Source: Paraspadella gotoi
Taxonomy: Eukaryota > Animalia > Chaetognatha
Assembly: GCA_051294375.1 (NCBI GenBank)
Contig: JBJCIZ010001420.1
Location: forward strand, 1-10,746
Length of the DNA: 10,746 nucleotides
Direction: 5' to 3'
The position numbers were made by a program, and so were the translations under genes. The notes beneath the pieces are model-generated. The model saw only the letters and a program-made list of their open reading frames with translations, was not told where the DNA came from and did not search any database. Within the stretch, counting starts at the first letter, position 1; each line of letters starts with the position of its first letter. Below, in pieces: positions 7,369 to 10,746 of this stretch.

Positions 7369-8034
7369 TCATTTATGCTTTATATTTTTTCTTTTGTTCT
7401 TTTTTCATAATTTTGTTTTTGTTTTTACTTTTTATTAACGTTGTTTTTCGTTTATGCTTTATATTTTTTGTTTTTGTTTGTTTTGTTCTTGAGTCCATTT
7501 AAACGTTTGTCTTCTTTGTTTTTGATGTTTTTTTTGTTTTAAAAATTTGAATTTGGAACTTCTGAACGTTAATTATTTTATAGTTTCTTATGCAATTAGT
7601 TCATAACATTTTATTTATGCAGTCAATTTAAACGTAGTTGTCTTTTTTTTTCTGTTGAATTTTAATAGTTTAGTTTTACTTGTTTACTGCTTTCTAGTTT
7701 TTTACACTGATACTTGTTTTTGATTTGTTTTAAAATTTAAATAAAAAAAAAAAAAAAAAAAAATCTGCTTATCTACTTATCTTTCAATACTGTTTTTGGT
7801 ATTAATAAAAAAAAAAAAAAAAAACTTATCACAGAATCTGATACTGTTTTTGATTTTGTCAATACTGTTTTTGTATTAATAAATAATAAAAAAAATCAGC
7901 AGATCAGCAGATGCCGACTCTATAATTCACTTTGTCGGTCCGTCGGTCCGACCCCTCAATATTGTCGGGCACAACACTCTATATCATGTGAGAACATCGA
8001 ATTATGATTAATTATGCAAAAAAAACCGATGTTT

Positions 8035-8075
8035 CGTCCGTCTGTCCGTCCGTCCGTCCGTCCGTCCGTCCGTCC
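8035..8075. repeat. (GTCC)n microsatellite, ~10 units
   Basis: Direct reading. Confidence 0.95.
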
Positions 8076-8130
8076 ATCCCACCTTAGCAAAAAACTCCAT
8101 TACTCGTGATTGGATGGATGGATTGTTATG

Positions 8131-8592
8131 AAATTTTGTGTGTGGGAAGGAACTGTTGGCTGTCATTGAGATGGCATACTAAAGTTTCGAGGGAATCGTG
8201 CGAGCTGGAAATTGGTTTAAATGGTAAAACAAAAAAATATATTTAACTATTTGAACGCCAATTGCTCATGAGTGGATAAGGCAATGACTTGAAATTTTGT
8301 ATGATGGTAGGGAAGTGCTGTGAGAGCTTGCTGATATAAAGTTTCGATGGAATCGTCGCGCATGTGCGAAATGAGTTAAAAATGGAAAAAACAAAAGTCA
8401 TATTTACTTGAAGTATTTTACTTAAAATTTACTCATAATTATTATGTTTACTAAAAAATTGGATAGATAAATCGATATTAAATTTTGTGTGTGGGTAGGA
8501 AAGTATGTGATAAAGCTGGATATAAATTTTTGATGGAATCGTAGGAGTGGAAAAGAGTTCAAATTAGAAAAACCAAAAGACACATTTCTTGA
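8131..8592 (+). repeat. Three diverged tandem core units (start-to-start spacing 161 and 188 bp)
   Basis: Shared AAATTTTGTRTG.GG.AGGAA...ATATAAAGTTTCGATGGAATCGT...GGAAATGAGTTWAAATGGAAAAAACAAAAGTCAYATTTAC. Confidence 0.9.
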
Positions 8593-8605
8593 ATTTTTTA
8601 AAGTT

Positions 8606-8635
8606 TCTCTCTCTCTATCTCTCTCTGCTTATTGC

Positions 8636-8666
<31 letters not shown>

Positions 8667-8692
8667 TGATTGATTGATTGACTTGATTGATT
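8606..8692. repeat. (TC)n (8606-8626) and (GATT)n (8636-8692) microsatellites
   Basis: Direct reading. Confidence 0.95.
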
Positions 8693-8694
8693 AA

Positions 8695-9045
8695 TTGACC
8701 AATTTATGCCAATTGAGAAAAATATGCCAGTTGACACCAAATTCTTAAAGTTGACAAATTATGCCACGTTGACCAAATTCAGCAAGTTGATCAAGTTCTG
8801 CAACGTTGACCAACATTCAATGCCTGTTGACCAAAATTATGCCAGTTGACCAAATTAGGCCAGTTGATAAAATTATGCCAGTTGACCAAAATATGCCGCG
8901 CTGACCAAATTATCTTAATTGATCAAATTATGTTAGTTGACCAAATTTTGTCAGTAGACCAAATTATGTCAGTTAACCAAATTATGTCAGTTGACGAAAT
9001 TATGCAAGTTGATTAAAATTATGCAAGTTGACCAAGTTAGCTTAA
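8695..9045. repeat. 18-bp minisatellite, consensus TTGACCAAATTATGCCAG, ~19 units
   Basis: Units counted by eye, for example ttgaccaaattaggccag, ttgataaaattatgccag, ttgaccaaattttgtcag, ttaaccaaattatgtcag. Confidence 0.95.
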
Positions 9046-9549
9046 TTACCACTTAAATTATCGATTGACCTGGAATTTTGTATGTGAGTAGAAAAAGTTG
9101 TGTGATTGAACAGAACCAAGTTTCGATGGAATCTTTTAAGTGGAAATAGTTTAAATGGAAAAAAACGAAAAACCTGTTTCACTTATTGATTATGATTCTT
9201 TTTCCTTTTATCATTAAATGTATATTTCAGGATGTATTAATAAATCAAATAATTAATCAGTAATTAATCAATTAGTCAATAATTAACTCAATAATTAAAT
9301 TAATCAGTCAATCAATCCGTCCATCCGTCCCACCTTAGCCAAAAAGGTCAATAAACTCGTGACTTGGCTGGTTGGCATTTGGAATGAAATTTGTGTGTGG
9401 GTTGGAAAGTGTGTGATAAAGCTGGATATAAAGTTTTCGGACGCGAATCGTCGTGAGTGGAAATGAGTTTAAGTGGAAAAAACATAAGTCGCATTTACTA
9501 AAATATTTTTACTTTTTTAATTTTTTTTTGTTTTTTTGTTTTTGGTTTT

Positions 9550-10746
9550 TTCTTTGGAGTCATTCTAAAGTTTGTGTCTTTTGTTTTTTGATCGTTTTTT
9601 TGTTTTAAAAATTTGAACTTTTGAACGTTCTTGAACGTTATATTTATATAAGTTCTTTATGCAATTAGTTCATAACATTTATTTATGAGATGTCAATTTA
9701 AACGTTAGTGTCTTTTTTTTTTTCTGTTTGATTTTAATAGTTTAAGTTTTACTTGTTTACTGCTTTCTAGTTTTTTACACTGGATACTGTTTTTGATTTT
9801 GTTTTTAAAATTTAAATATAAAAAAAAAAAAAAACAAAATCTGCTTATCTACTTATCTTTCAATACTGTTTTTTGGTATTAATAAAAAAAAAAAAAAAAA
9901 ATAATTATCAGCAGATCTGATAACTTGTTTTGATTTTGTCATACTGTTTTGTCTATAATAAATAATTAAAAAAAAAAATCCAGTCAGAATTCACAGATGC
10001 CAGTAGACTCTATTTCAATTCACTTTTGGGTCGGTCCGCGGTCGCACCGCCTCCAATATTGTCGGGCCACACACTTAATATCATGGTAGAACATCGAATT
10101 ATGATAATTATGCAAAAAAAAAAAACGATGGTCCGTGCCGTCTGTCCGTCCGTCCGCCGTCCGTACCGTCCGGTCCATCCCACCTTACACAAAAAACTCC
10201 AATTACTCGTGATTGGCAGTGGGATGGATTTGGTTATGCGAAATTTGGTGTGGGAAGCGAAACTGTGTGATTGAGAATGGATATACAAAGTTTCGAGGGA
10301 TCGTGCGATGGGAATTGGTTTTTAATGGATAAAACAAAAAAATATATTTAACTATTTGAACGCCAATTGCTCAATGATGGATTACAGGCAATCTGACTTT
10401 GAATTTTGTATTGATGGTAGGGAGTGTGTTGATTGAGCTGGATATAAAATTTCGGACTCGAAATCAGTGCGAGGGTGGAAAATGAGCTTAAAATTGGAAA
10501 AAAACTAGGATAACAAGTCATTATTTATCTGAAGTATTTTTACTCTGAATTACTCATAATTATATATGTTTTACTCTAAAAAATTGGATAGATAAATCGA
10601 TATTAAAATTTTGTGTCATGTGTGGGTTAGGAACAGTATGTGCATTTAAGCTGGATATAAATTTTTGCATGGAATCGTAGGAGTTGGGAAAAGAGTCTTC
10701 AAATTAGAAACAAAAGACACATTTCTTTTGAATTTTTTTTAAAGTT
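9550..10746 (+). repeat. Second, indel-rich copy of 7480-8605, including family B, the HINE-like head, (GTCC)n and core units at 10241, 10401 and 10606; runs to the window edge
   Basis: Collinear with copy 1 but with many scattered 1-2-nt insertions. Confidence 0.95.

Larger units (their letters stand above)
7480..8605 (+). repeat. First copy of the segment repeated at ~9550-10746 (period ~2.07 kb)
   Basis: TTATGCAATTAGTTCATAACATTTTATTTATG is at 7588 and 9657, and the copies are collinear through CAAAAGACACATTTCTT..GAATTTTTT..AAAGTT (ending 8605 and 10746). Confidence 0.95.
7913..9500 (+). mobile_element. DINE-1/HINE-like (Helentron-associated) non-autonomous element with internal tandem repeats; boundaries approximate
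   Basis: A GC-rich head with short inverted repeats (CCGAC...GTCGG) is followed by a (GTCC)n/GTCT microsatellite at 8035-8075 and then core repeats starting AAATTTTGTRTG at 8131, 8292, 8480, 9074 and 9387. This matches the known DINE-1/HINE architecture. The 3' terminus was not identified. Confidence 0.6.

Noticed and set aside
7738-7823. A-rich runs as the LINE poly(A) tail
   Set aside because: They are internal to family B and recur at ~9818-9901 without a LINE.
8131-9045. CRISPR-like periodicity, or an RT-plus-array system (retron/DGR-like)
   Set aside because: Units are contiguous and degenerate with no unique spacers, there are no cas genes, and the RT is a non-LTR retrotransposon type. 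The same applies to the arrays at 1-214 and 6740-6998.
8695-9045. 18-bp unit as a coding repeat (LTKLCQ or VDQIMP)
   Set aside because: Variable unit lengths break the frame, and there is no ORF or exon context.
10010-10288. Overlapping 92-aa and 82-aa ORFs
   Set aside because: They span (GTCC)n in the indel-rich copy, differ from the cleaner copy by many frame-changing indels, and show no domain signal.

Overview
AT-rich, repeat-saturated window that looks eukaryotic (probably an invertebrate; the taxon cannot be determined from the sequence). No host gene, RNA gene or CRISPR array is supported. The only protein-coding signal is a 5'-truncated non-LTR retrotransposon ORF2 of the L1/Tx1 type on the + strand (~4287-6671). 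It has RT motifs and a C-terminal CCHC knuckle, and is broken mostly by single-base insertions. The left flank is a mosaic duplicated in direct orientation (~1331-2206 / ~3021-4276), with (GA)n-linked modules and a ~285-bp fold-back. The right flank is a ~2.07-kb-period duplication (~7480-8605 / ~9550-10746) carrying a DINE-1/HINE-like (Helentron-associated) element with a (GTCC)n microsatellite and ~160-190-bp core repeats. There are also 22-, 20- and 18-bp minisatellites. Insertion-biased indels suggest poorly polished long-read sequence. I found no convincing new biological system. The best leads are the LINE's junctions with host repeats (possible target preference), the inverted repeats that bracket it, and the duplicated fold-back. 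Coordinates and alignments were read by eye.
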